From positions 7,168,001 to 7,232,000 of the forward strand of contig CP068257.2 in assembly GCA_009914755.4 (NCBI GenBank): a stretch of DNA of 64,000 nucleotides, read 5' to 3'. Under the pieces are notes generated by a model. That model made no database searches and was not told the origin of the DNA. It was given only the letters and a program-made list of their open reading frames with translations. This DNA is from the human T2T-CHM13v2.0 reference genome, Homo sapiens. Positions within the stretch are counted from its first letter, which is position 1. Every line of letters starts with the position of its first letter. Positions 44,200-58,000 of this stretch are shown piece by piece. The position numbers and the translations under genes are program-made.

Positions 44200-47100
44200 A
44201 TGGAATGGAATTGAATGGAATGGAATGCAATGGAATGGAATGGAATGTTATAGAAGGGAATGGAATCAACTCGAGGGGAAAGGAATGTAATGGAAAGGAA
44301 TGGAATGGAATGGATAGGAATGGAATGCAATGGAATGCAATGGTATGGAATGGAGTCAAAACAAGAGGAATATAATGGAATGGAATTGAATGGAATGGAA
44401 TGGAATGCAAAGGAATGGATTTGAATGGAATGAACCCCAGAGGAATGGAATGGAATTGCATGGAATGGAATGGTAGGGATAGGAATGGAATGGAATGGAA
44501 TGGAATAAACTGGAATGGAATGGAATGAAATCAAAAAAGTGGAATGGAATGGAATGGAATGGAATTTAACGGAATGGAATCAACTGGAATGGAATGAAAT
44601 GGAATGGAATGGAATGGAATGGAAACAACCCAAGTGGAATGGAATGCAATGGAATGGAATTCAACGTAATGTAAACAAACCGAGTGGAAAGCAAAGGAAT
44701 GGAAAGGACTGAAATGTAATGGAAGTTATTGGAATCAAACTGATACCAATGCAACGGAATGGAAAGGAATGGAATCGAAAGGAAGGGAATGGAATGGAAT
44801 GGAAAGGAATGGAATGAACTGGAATGGAATGGAATGGAATGGAATATAATGGAATGGAATGGAATGGAATGGAATGGAATGGAATGGAATGGAATGGAAT
44901 CAACCCGAATGGAATGGAGTGGAATGGAATGAAATGGAATGGAATGCTTTGGAAGTTATGGGAATCACCTGGAATGCAATGGCATGGAATGGAATGGAAT
45001 GGAGTTGAATGGTACGGAATGGAATGGAGTAAACCTGAATGGAATGGAATGGAATGGAATGGAAAGGAATGGAATGGATTTGAATGGAATGGAATGGAAT
45101 GGAATGGAATGGAATGGAATGGAATGGAATAGAATGGAATGGAATGGATTGGAATGGAATGGAATGGAATAAACCCGAGAGGAATGGAATGGAATGGAAT
45201 GGAGTTTTCCTGAGTGGAATGGAATGGAATGGAATCAACCCGAATGAAATGTTATGGAATGGAATAGAATGGAATGGAATCAACTCGAGGGGAAAGGAAT
45301 GGATTGGAATGGAATGGAATGGAATATAATTGAATGGAATGGAATGGAATGGAATGGAATGGAATGGAATGGAATGGAATGGAATCAACCAAAGTGGAGT
45401 GGAATGCAATGGAACGGAAAAGAATGGAATGGAATGGAACGGAATGGAATTAACTCGAGGTTAATGGATTGGAATGGCATGGAATGGAATGGAATCAACC
45501 CAAGAGGAATGGAATGGAATGGAAAGCAATGGAATGAAACGAAGAGGAATGCAATGGAATCAACTGGAATGGAATGGAATGGAATGGAATGGAATGCATT
45601 GGAATCAACTGGAATGGAATGGAATCAACTGGAATGGATTGGTATGGAATGGAATGGAATGGAATGGAATGGAATGGAATGGAATGGAACAGAAACAACC
45701 CAAGTGGAATGGATTACAATGGAACGGAAATGAATGGAATGGAATGGAACGGAATGGAATTAACTCGAGGTGAATGGAATGGAATGGCATGGAATGGAAT
45801 GGAATCAAACCGAGTGGAATGGAATGGAATGGAAAGCAATGGAATGGAATGGAATGGAATGCATTGGATTCAACAGCAGTGGAATGGAATGGAATGGAAT
45901 GCGTTGGAATCAACTCGAATGGAATGGAATGGAATGGAATGGAATCAATCCGGTTGAATGGAGTGGAATGGAATGGAGTGGAATGGAACGCAATGGAGTG
46001 GAATGGAATTGAATGGAATAGAATGGAGTCAACACGAATGGAATGGAATGGAATGGTATGGAATGTAATGGAATGGAATGGAATGGAACGGAATGCTGTG
46101 GAATCAACCCGAGTAGCATGGAAATGAATGGAATGGAATGGAATGCTTTCAAACCGAGAGGAATGGAATGGAATGGAATGCAACGGAATCAACCCTAGTG
46201 GAATGGAATGTAAAGGAATGAAATGGAATCAACCCAAGAGGAATGGAATGGAATGGAATGGAATGGAATGGAATGGAATGGTATGGAATCAAACCGAGTG
46301 GAATGGTATGGAAAGGAATGGAATGGAACGGAATGGACTGGAATAAATGGAATGGAATGGAATGGAATCAACCCGACGGAAATGGAATGGAATGTAATGG
46401 AATGGAATAAAACCGAGTGGAATAGAATGGAATGTAATGGAATGGAATGGAATGGAATGGAATCAACCCGAGTGGAATGGAATGGAATGGAATGGAATGG
46501 AAAGGAATGGAATGGAATAAACCCGAGTGGAATGGAATGGAATGGAATCAAATGGAATGGAATGGAATGGAAAGGAATGGAATGGAATAAACCCGAGTGG
46601 AATGGAATGGAATGGAATCGAATGGAATGGAATGGAATGGAATGGAATGGAATGGAATGGAATAAACCCGAGTGGAATGGAATTGAATGGCATGAAAAGG
46701 AATGGAATTAACCCGAGTGGCATGGAATGGAATGGTATAGAATGTAATAGAATGGAATGGAATCAACTCGAAGGGAAAGGAATGGAATGAAAAGGAATGG
46801 AATGGAATGGAATGGACAGGAATGGAATGCATTGGAAAGCAATGGTATGAAATGGATTCAACCCGAGAGGAATGTAATGGAATGGAATGGAGTGGAATGG
46901 AATGGAATGCAATGGAATGGAGTTGAATGGAATAAACCCCAGAGGAATGGAATGGAATGCAACGGCATGGAATGGAATGGTATGGATAGAAATGGATAGG
47001 AATGGAATGGAATGCAATGGAATGGAATGGAATACAATGGAATGGAATGGAAAAAGCTGAAGTGGAATGGAATGCAATGGAATGCAATGGAATGAAATTC

Positions 47101-50100
47101 AACGTAATGGAAACAAACGGAGTGGAACGGAATGGAATGGAAAGGACTGAAATGTAATGGAAGTGATTGGATTCAAACCGATTCCAATGCGAAGGAATGG
47201 AAAGTAATGGAATCGAATGCAAGGGAATGGAATGGAATGGAATTAACTGGAATGGAATGGAATGGAATGGAATATAATTGAATGGAATGGAATGGAATCA
47301 ACCCGAGTGGACTGGAAGGGAATGGAATGGAAATGAATGGAATGCAATAAAATAGAACGGAATGGAATGAACCCGAGTGGAATGGAATTGAATGGAATGG
47401 AATGGAATGGAAAGGAACAGAACGGAACGGAATGGAATGGAATGGAATGGAATGCAAAGAAATGGAATGAACAAATGTGGAATGGAATGGAATGGAATGG
47501 ATTGGAATGGAATGGAATGTAATCAACACGAGTGGAATGGAATGGAATGGAATGGATTGGAATGGAATGGAATGTAATCAACACGAGTGGAATAGAATGG
47601 AATGGAAAGGAGTGGAATGGAATGGAATTGAATGGAATAGAATGGAGTGGAATGGAAGGGGAAGGAATTGAATGGAATGGAATGGAATGGGATGGAACAG
47701 AATGGAAAGGAGTCAACCTGAATGGAAAGAAATGGTATGGAATGGAAAGGAACGGAATGGAATGGAATGGAATTTAAATGGAATGGAATGGAAAGGAATG
47801 GAATTGAATGGAATGGAATGGTATGGAACCAACACGAGTGGAATAGTATGGAACGGAATGGAATGGAATGGAATGGAATAAAATGGAATGGAATGGAATG
47901 GAATCAACCAGAGTGAAATGGCATGGATTAGAATGGAATGGAATAAACCCGAGTGGAATGGAATGGAATGGAATGGAAAGGAATGGAATGGAATGGAGTG
48001 GAATGGAACGGAGTGGAATGGAATGGAATGGAGTGGAATGGAACGGAATGGAATGGAATGGAGTGGAATGGAATGGAATGGAGTTGAATGGAATAAACCC
48101 CAGAATAATGGAATGGAATGGAACGGCATGGAATGGAATGGTATGGATAGGAATTGATAGGAATGGAACGGAATGGAATGGAATGGAATTGAATGGAATG
48201 GAGTGGAATTGAATGGTATGGAACAGAATCAACCCGAGTGGAATGGAATGCAATGGAAGGCAATGGAGTGGAATGGAATTCAATGGAAGGCAATGAAATG
48301 GAATGGAATGGAATGTATTGGAATCAACTGGAATGGAATGGAATGGAATTGAATGGAATGGAATGGAGTCAATACGGGTTGAATGGAATTCAATGGAATG
48401 ATGATGAATGGAATGCAATGGAGTGGAATGGAATGGAATAGAATGGAATCAACCCGAATGGAATGGAATGGAATGCAATGGAATAGAATGGAACGGAATG
48501 CTATGGAAACAACCCGATTGGAATGGAAAAGAATGGAATGGAATGGAATCAACCCAAGTGGAAAGGAATGGAATGGAATGCAACGGATTCAACCAGAGTG
48601 GAATGGAATAGAAAGGAATGGAATGGAATGGAATGGAATTGAAAGGAATGGAACGGAATCAACCCAAGAGGAATGGAATGGAATGGAATGGAATGTCATG
48701 GAATGGAGTGGAATGGAATCAACCAGAGTGGAATGGAACGGAATGGAATGTAATGGAATGGAAAGGGAGGCAATGGAATGGAATGGAATGGAATGGAATG
48801 GAATGGAATGGAAACAACCCGAGTGGAATGGAATGGAATGGAATGGAATGGAAAGGAATGGCATGGAATGGAATGGAATGCAATCAGCGCGAGTGGAATG
48901 GAATGGAATGGAATGGAAAAGAATTTAATGGAACAGAATGGAATGGAATAAAATAGAATGAACCTGAATGGAATGGAAGTAAGGAACCCGAATGGAATGG
49001 ATTGGAATGGAATGGAATGGAATCAACCCGAGTGGAATGGAATGGAGTGGAATGGAACACAATTGAATGGAATGGAATAGAATAGAATGCAATGGAATGG
49101 AACGGAATGGAATCAATCGGAATGGAATGGAACGGAATGGAAGGGAATGGAGTGGAATGGAGTGAAATGGAATGGAATGGAATGGAAGGGAATGAAATGG
49201 AATGGAATGAAACTGAGTAGAATGGAATGGAATGGAATGGAAAGGAAGGGAAATGAATGGAAACGAAAGGAAAGGATTAGTATGGAATCAACTTTAGTGG
49301 AATGGAATGGAATGCAATGGAACAGAATGGAATGGAGTGGAATGGAATGGAATGGAATCAACCCGAGTGGAATGGAATTGAATGGTATGGAATGAAATGG
49401 AATGGAATCAACCCGAGAGGAATGGAATGGAATGGAATGGAATGGAATCAACCCGAGTGGAATGGATTGGAATGGAATGGAATGGAATGGAATGGAATCA
49501 ACCCGAGTGGAATGGAATGGAAAGGAATGGAATGGAACGCAATGGAATTGAATGGAATGGAATCAACCCGAGTGGAATGGAATGGAATAGAATGGAATTG
49601 AATCAACCCGAGTGGAATGGAATGCAATGCAATGGAATGGAATTGAACGGTATGGAATGGAATAGAATGGAATGGAGTCACCGTGAGGGGAAAGGAATGG
49701 AATGGAAAGGAATGGAATGGAATGGGAAGGAATGGAATGCAATGCAATGGAATGGTATGGAATGGAGTCAAACCGAGAGGAATGTAACGGAATGGAATTG
49801 AATGGAATGGAATGGAATGCAATGGAATGGAATGGAGTGGAATCAACCGTGTGGAATGGAATGGAATGGAATGGAATGGAATGCAATGAAATGGAATGGA
49901 ATCAACTCCATTGGAATGGAATGGAATGGAATGGAATCAACCCGAGTGGAATGGATTGGAATGGAGTGGAATGGAATGGAACGGCATCCAATACAATGGA
50001 ATCAACTAGAATGGAATGGAATGGAATGGAATGGAACGGAATCAACCTGAGTGGAATGGAATGGAATGCAGTGGAATGAATGGAATGCAATGGAATTGAA

Positions 50101-50980
50101 ACTAATGGAATGGAATAGAAACAACCCGAGTGGATTGGAATGCAATGGAAAGGAATGGAATAGAATGGAATGGAGTGGAATGGAATGGAATGCAAGGAAA
50201 TGGAATGGAATGGAACGGAATATACCCGAATGGAATGTAATGGAATGGAAAGAAATGGAATCAACAAGAGTGGAATGCAATGGATTGCAATGGAATGGAA
50301 TGGAATGGAATGGAATGGAATGGAATGGAACGGAATCAACACGAGTGGAATGGAATGGAATTGAATGGAATGGAATGGAATGGAATGGAATGGAATGGAA
50401 TGGAATGGAATCAACCTTAGTGGAATGCTATGGAATGGAATGGAATGGAATGGAATGGAATGGAATGGAATCAACCCTAGTGGAATGCTATGGAATGGAA
50501 TGGAATGGAATGGAATGGAATGGAATGGAATAAAATGGTTTGGAATGGAATGGCATCAACCCCAGTGAAACGGAATGGAATGGAACCAACCCGAGTGGAA
50601 TGGAACGCAATGAAATGGAACGGAATGGAATCAACCAGAGTGGAATGGAATGCAATGGAATGGAACGGACTGGAACGGAATGGAATGGAATGGAACCAAG
50701 TGGAATGGAACGAATGGAATGGAATTGAATGGAAATGAATGGAATGGAAATGAATGGAATGGAATGGAATGGACAGGAATGGAATGGAATCAACCCGAAT
50801 GCAATGGAATGGAATGGAATGGAAAGGAATGGAATGGATTTGAATGGAATGGAATGGAATCAACCTGAGAGGAATGGAATGGAATGGATTAGAGATATCC
50901 CGAGTGGAATGGAATGGAATGTAATCAACCCGAGTGCAATGATATGCAATGAAATGGAATAGAATGGAATGGAATGGAAT
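44200..50980. repeat. Large (~7 kb) duplicated block, copy 2; paralogous to ~25050-32150
   Basis: Same as above. After ~50960 the copy continues into sequence that matches ~34900-35950 instead of ~32150 onward, which points to a mosaic or recombinant junction. Confidence 0.8.
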
Positions 50981-52491
50981 TAACGAGAGTGGCATGGATT
51001 GGAATGGAATAGAATGGTATGGAATGGAATAGAATCAAATGGAATCAACTCGAGGGGAAAGGAATAGATTGGAACGGAATGGAATGGAATGGAAAGGAAT
51101 GGAATGCAACGGAATGCAATGGTATGGAATGGAGTAACCAGGAGAGGAATGGAATGAAATGGAATTGAATGGAATGGAATGAAATGCAATCGAATGGAGT
51201 CGAAAGGAATAAACCCCAGAGGAATGGAATGGAATGGAATGGAATGGAATGGAATGGAATGGAACGGAATGGAATGGAATGGATAGGAATGTAATGTAAT
51301 CTAATCTAATGTAATGGAATGGAAAGGAATGGAATGGAATGCAAAGAACTGGAACGGAATGGAATGGAATGAAATAAAACAGAGTGGAATGGAATGCAAT
51401 GGAATCAACTGGAATGGAATGAAATGGAATGGAATGGAATGGAATGGAATGCAATGGAATGGAATGGAATCAACCCGAGTGGAATGCAATGGAATGGAAA
51501 GGAATGGAATGGAATGGAATGGAATCCACCCTAGTGGAATGGAGTGGAATGGAATGGAACGGCATTGAATGCAGTGGAATCAATTATAATGGAATGGAAT
51601 GGAATGGAACAGAATAAACCTGAGTGTAATGTAATGGAATGGAATGGAATGCATGGAATGCAATCAATGGAAACTAATGGAATGGAATGGAAACAACGCA
51701 AGTGGAATGGAATACAATGGAATGGAACGGAATGGAATGGAATGGAGTTCAACATAATGGAAACAAACCAAGTGGAATGGAATGGAATGGAAAGCACTGA
51801 AATGTAATGGACTGGATTAGAATCAACCAGATTCCAATGCAATGGAATGGAATGGAATGGAAGGGAATGGAATGGGATGCAAAGGAATGGAATGAACTGG
51901 AATGGAATGGAATATAATTGAATGGAATGGAAAGGAATCAACACAAGTGGAGTGGAATGGAATGGAACAGAAATGAATGGAATGTAATGGAATGTAATGG
52001 AATTAACTCGAGGTGAATGGAAAGGAATGGGATGGAATGGAATGGAATAATCCCGAGTGGAATGGAATGGAAAGGAAAGCAAGGAATGGAATGGAATGGA
52101 ATGCATTGGAATCAACTGGAAAGGAATGGAATGCAATGGAATGCATTGGAATCAACTGGAATGGAATGGAATGGAATGGAATCCATCCGGGTTGAATGGA
52201 ATAAAATGGAATGGAGTCGAATGGAACGCAATGGAGTGCAATGGAATGGAATGGAATGGAATGGAATGGAATGGAATCAACACGAATGGAATGGAATGGA
52301 ATGCAATGGAATGGAATGGAACGGAATGATTTGGAAACAACCCTAGTGGAATGGAATGGAATGGAATGGAATGGAATGGAATGGAATGGAAAGTAATGGA
52401 AAGGAATGGAATGGAATCAAACCAAGAGGAATGGAATGGAATGGAATGGAATGGAATGGAATCAACCAGAGTGGAATGGAATGGAATGGAA

Positions 52492-52600
52492 TGGAATGGA
52501 ATGGAATGGCATGGAATGGAATGGAATGGCATGGAATGGAATGGAATGGCATGGAATGGAATGGAATGGCATGGAATGGAATGGAATGGCATGGAATGGA
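52492..52600 (+). repeat. Micro-array of 5 x 20-mer (GGAATGGAATGGAATGGCAT), a GGCAT-variant sub-repeat
   Basis: Direct reading of 52481-52620. A 2-copy version sits at ~17041-17080. Confidence 0.8.
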
Positions 52601-52614
52601 ATGGAATGGAATAG

Positions 52615-53330
52615 GCCGAGTGGAATGGAATGGAATGGAATACAATGGAATGGAATGGATAGTAATGGAATGGAACAGAATGAAATGGAATAAAATGGAA
52701 TGAACCCAAATAGAATGGAAGGAATCAACCCGAGTGGAATGGAATGGAATGGAATGGAAGGGAATGGAATGGAATGGAATCAAACTGAGTGGAATGTAAT
52801 GGAAGGGAAAAGAATGAAAAGGAATGGAATGGATTGGTATGGAATCAACATTAGTGGAATAGAATGGAATGGACTGGAATGGAACAGAATGGAAAGGAAT
52901 AAAATGGAATAGAATGCAATGGAATCAACAAGAATGAAATGGACTGTAATGGAATGGATTGCAATCAACCCGTGTGGAATGGAATGGAACGGAATGGAAT
53001 GGAATGGAATCAACCCGAGTGGAATGGAAGGGAAAGGAATGGAATGGAATGGAATGGAAGGGAATGGAATGGAATGGAATGGAATCAACCCGAGTGGAAT
53101 GGAATGAAATGGAATGGAATGGAATGGAATGGAATGGAATCAACTCAAGTGGAATGTAATGGAACGAAGTGGAATGGAATGCAACGGTATGGAATGGAAT
53201 AGAATGGAATGGAGGCAACTCAAGGGGAAAGGAATGGAATGGAAAGGAATGGAATGGAATGAATAGGAATGTTATGCAATGGAATGCAATGGTATGGAAT
53301 GGAGTCAAACAGAGAGGAATGTAATGGAAT
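52615..53330. repeat. ~715-bp segment duplicated ~1.12 kb downstream (53735-54450), separated by ~400 bp of different satellite sequence
   Basis: atgaacccaaatagaatggaaggaatcaacccgagtgg ... caaactgagtggaatgtaatggaagggaaaa[gt]aatgaaaagg at 52700 and 53818. atgaataggaatgttatgcaatggaatgcaatggtatggaatggagtcaaacagagagg at ~53265 and ~54395. Confidence 0.8.
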
Positions 53331-53734
53331 GGAATGGAATGGAATGGAATGGAATGCAATGGAATGGAATGCAATGGAATCAATCGTGTGGAATGGAATG
53401 GAATGGAATGGAATGGAATGGAATGGAATGGAATCAACTCGATTGGAATGGAATGGAATGGAATGGAATGGAATGGAAGGGAATGGAATCAACCCGAGTG
53501 GAATGGATTGGAATGGAGTGGAATGGAATGGAATGGCATCCAATACAATGGAATCAACTAGAATGGAATCCAATAGAATGGAATAGAACGGAATCAACCT
53601 TAGTGGAATGGAATGGAATGGAGTGGAATGAATGGAATGCAATGGAATGGAAACTAATGGAATGGAATTGAAGCAACCCGTGTGGAATATAATGCAATGG
53701 AATGGAATGGAATGGAATGGAATGGAATCAGCCC

Positions 53735-54450
53735 GAGTGGAATGCAATGGAATGGAATACAATGGAATGGAATGGATAGTAATGGAATGGAACAGAATGA
53801 AATGGAATAAAATGGAATGAACCCAAATAGAATGGAAGGAATCAACCCGAGTGGAATGGAATGAAATGGAATGGAAGGGAATGGAATGGAATGGAATCAA
53901 ACTGAGTGGAATGTAATGGAAGGGAAAATAATGAAAAGGAATGGAATGGATTGGTATGGAATCAACATTAGTGGAATAGAATGGAATGGACTGGAATGGA
54001 ACAGAATGGAAAGGAATAAAATGGAATGGAATGCAATGGAATCAACAAGAATGAAATGGACTGTAATGGAATGAATTAGAATCAACCTGTGTGGAATGGA
54101 ATGGAACGGAAAGGAATGGAATGGAATCAACCCGAGTGGAATGGAAAGGAAAGGAATGGAATGGAATGGAATGGAATGGAATGGAATGGAATGGAATGGA
54201 ATCAACCCGAGTGGAATGGAATGAAATGGAATGGAATGGAATGGAATGGAATGGAATGGAATGGAATGGAATCAACGCAAGTGGAATGTAATGGAACGAA
54301 GTGGAATGGAATGGAACGGTATGGAATGGAATAGAATGGAATGGAGGCAACTCAAGGGGAAAGGAATGGAATGGAAAGGAATGGAATGGAATGAATAGGA
54401 ATGTTATGCAATGGAATGCAATGGTATGGAATGGAGTCAAACAGAGAGGA
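53735..54450. repeat. Second copy of the ~715-bp segment (see 52615-53330)
   Basis: As above. Confidence 0.8.
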
Positions 54451-54779
54451 ATGTAATGGAATGGAAGGCAATGGAGTGGAATGGAAAGGAATGGAATAGA
54501 ATGGAATCAACCCGAATGGAATGGAATGGAATGGTATGGAATGGAATGCAATGGAATGCAGCGGAATGCTAAGGAATCAACCCAAATGGAATGGAATGGA
54601 ATGGTATGGAATGGAATGCAATGGAATGCAGCGGAATGCCATGGAATCAACCCGAGTGGAATGGAAAAGAATGGAATGAAATGAAATGGAATGGATTCCA
54701 CCCAAGTGGAAAGGAATGGAATGGAATGCAACGGAATCAACCCGAGTGGAATGGAATGGAAAGGAATGGAATGGAATGG

Positions 54780-55040
54780 AATGGAATGGAATGGAAAGGA
54801 ATGGAATGGAGTCACCAAAGAGGAATGGAATGGAATGGAATCAACCCTAGTGTAATGGAATGGAATGGAATGAAAAGTAATGGAATGGAATGGTATGGAA
54901 TCAAACCGAATGGAATGGTATGGAATGGAACAGAATGGAACGGAATGGACTGGAATAAAATGTTATGGAATGGAATGGAATCAACCAGACGGAAATAGAA
55001 AGGAATGTAATAGAATGGAATAAACCCGAGTGGAATAGAA
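54780..55040. repeat. Partial third copy of the 440-bp unit seen at 42161-43040
   Basis: ggagtcaccaaagaggaatgg ... caaccctagtgtaatgg ... gaaaagtaatgg ... ggactggaataaaatgttatgg ... caaccagacggaaatagaaaggaatgtaat are in the same order as in 42600-42850. Confidence 0.5.
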
Positions 55041-58000
55041 TGGAATGGAATGGAATGGAATGGAATGCCATGGAATGGAATGGAATGGAATCAACCCGAG
55101 TGGAATGGAATGGAAAGGAATGGAACGGAATGGGATGCAGTGGAATGGAATGGAATGGAATGGAATCAACCCGAGTGGAATGGAATGGAATGGAATGGAA
55201 TGGAATCAACCCGAGTGGAATGGAAAGGAATGAAATGGAATGGAATGGAATGGAAAGGAATGGAGTGGAATCAACCAAAGAGGAATGGAATGGAATGTAA
55301 TGGAATGGAATGGAATGGAATGGAATGGAATGGAATGGAATGGATTGGAATGGAATGGAATTGAATGGAATGGAATCAACCAGAGTGGAATGGAGCGGAA
55401 TGGAATGGAATGGAATGGAATGGAATGGAATGGAATGGAATGGAATGGAATCAACCCGAGTGGAATTGAATGGAATGGAATGGAATGGAATCAACCCGAG
55501 TGGAATGGAAAGGAATGGAATGGAATGGAATGGAATGGAAAGGAATGGAGTGGAATCAACCCTAGAGGAATGGAATGGAATGGAATGGAATGGATTGGAA
55601 TGGAATGGAATCGAATGGAATGGAATCAACCAGAGTGGAATGGAGCGGAATGGAATGGAATGGAATGGAATGGAATGGAATGGGATGGAATGGAAATGAC
55701 TCAACCCGAGTGGAATGGAATGGAATGCAATGGAATGGAATGGAAAGCTATGGAATGGAAGAGAATGGAATGGAATCAACTCGAGGGTAAAGGAATGGAA
55801 TGGAAACGAATGGAATGGAATGGATAGGAATGGAATGCAATAGAATGTGATGGTATGGAATGGAGTCAAACCGAAAGGAAAGTAATGGAATGAAATTGAA
55901 TAGAATGGAAAGGAATGCAATGGAATGGAGTTGAATGGAATAAAACCCAGAGGAACGGAATGGAATGGAATGGATAGGAATGGAATGCAATGGAATGGAA
56001 TGAATTGGAATGGAATGGAATGAAATGGAATGGAATGAAATCAAACAGAGTGGAATGGAATGGAATGAAATGGAATGGAATGGAATTTATTGGAATGGAA
56101 TCAATTGGAATGGAATGAAATGGAATGGAATGGAATGCAATGGAATGGAATGGAATCAACCCGAGTGGAATGGAATGCAATGGAATGCTATGGAATGGAA
56201 TGGAATGGAATTCAACTTAATGGAAACAAACCGAGTGGAATAGAATGGAACGGAAAGGACTGACATGTAATGGAATGGCTTGGAATCAACACGATAACAA
56301 TGCAACGGAATGGAATGGAATTGAATGGAATGCAATGGAATGGAATGGAATGGAATCAACCCGAGTGGAATGGAATGCAATGGAATGCTATGGAATGGAA
56401 TGGAATGGAATGGAATTCAACTTAATGGAAACAAACCGAGTGGAATGGAATGGAACGGAAAGGACTGACATGTAATGGAATGGATTGGAATCAACACGAT
56501 AACAATGCAACGGAATGGAATGGAATTGAATGGAATGCAATGGAATGGAATGGAAGGGAATGGAATGGAATGCAAAGGAATAGAATGTACTGGAATGCAA
56601 TGGAATGGAATGGAATATAATTGAACTGAAAGCAATGGAATGGAATGGAATGGAATGGAATGGAATGGAATGAACCCGAATGGAGTGGAATGGAATGGAA
56701 TGGAATGGAATGGAATGGAACAGAATGGAATGAACCCGATTGGAATGCATTGGAATGGAATGGAAAGGAAAGGAATGGAATGGAATGGAATGGAATTGAA
56801 TGAACACAAGTGGAAATCGAATGGAATGGAATGGAATGGATTGGAATGGAATGGAATCGAATCAACCCGAGTGGAATAGAATGGAATTGAATGGAGTGGA
56901 ATGGAATGGAATTGAATCTAATAGAATGTAGTGGAATGGAAGGCGAAGGAATTGAATGGAATGGTATGGAATGGAATGGAATGGGATGGAAAAGAATGGG
57001 AAGGAAACAACCCGAATGAAATGGTGTGGAATGGAATGGAATCAACCCGAGTGGAATGGAATGGAATGAAATGCAATCAATCCGAATGGAATGGAATGGA
57101 ATGGAATGGAATGCTATGGAATCAAACAGAGAGGAATGGAAATGAATGGACTGGAATGGAATGGAATGGAATAGAATGGAATGGAAAAGAATTGAATGGA
57201 ATGGAAATACCCCGAGTGGAATGGAATGCAATGGAATGGAATGGAATGGAATTGAATGGAAAGTAATGGAATTCAACGGAATGCAATTAACTCACGTGGA
57301 ATGGATTGGAAAGGAATGAAATGCAATGGAATGGAAACAAAATCAACGGAATGGAATCAAAGAGTATGGAATGGAATGGAATGGAATGGGATGGAATGGA
57401 ATGGAATGGAATCAACCCGAGTGAAATGGAATAGAATAGAATTGAATGGAATCAACCTGAGTGGAACGGAATTGAATGGAAAGGAATGGAATGGAATCAA
57501 CCTGAGTGGAATGGAATGGAATGGAAAGGAATGGAATGGAATCAACCTGACTGGGATGGAATGGAATGTAAAGGAATGAATGGAATTGAATGGAATGGAA
57601 TGGTATGGAGTCAACCCGAGTGGAATGGAATGGAATGGAATGGAATGGAATACAATGGTATGGAATCAATCCGAGAGGAATAGAATGGAATGGAATGGAA
57701 TCAACCAGACAGGAATGGCACGGAATGGAATGGAATGGAATAGAACGGAATGGAATGGAACGGAAAGGAATGGAATGGAATTGATTGGAATCAACCAGAG
57801 TGGAATGTAATGGAACGAAATGCAATTGAATGGAATGGAATGTAACGGAACTGAATTGAAAGGAATTGAATGGAAAGAAACCGAATGGAATGGATTGGAA
57901 GGGAATGCAAAGTAATGGAATCAACCAGAATGGAATGGAATGGAATGGAGTGGAGTGGAATGGAATGGAATGGAATGGTATGGAATGGAATGGAATGGAA

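Larger units (their letters stand above)
51510..53700. repeat. Duplicated block, copy 2; paralogous to ~37130-39600
   Basis: As above. Confidence 0.7.

Noticed and set aside
49280-52840. Assignment to the Y-chromosome DYZ1 3.56-kb HSat3 repeat
   Set aside because: One pair of landmark copies is ~3560 bp apart, but other copies of the same landmarks are spaced 0.56, 1.1, 2.4-2.5, 3.0, 5.5, 7.4 and 10-12 kb apart. There is no consistent 3.56-kb period, and chromosome assignment needs alignment.
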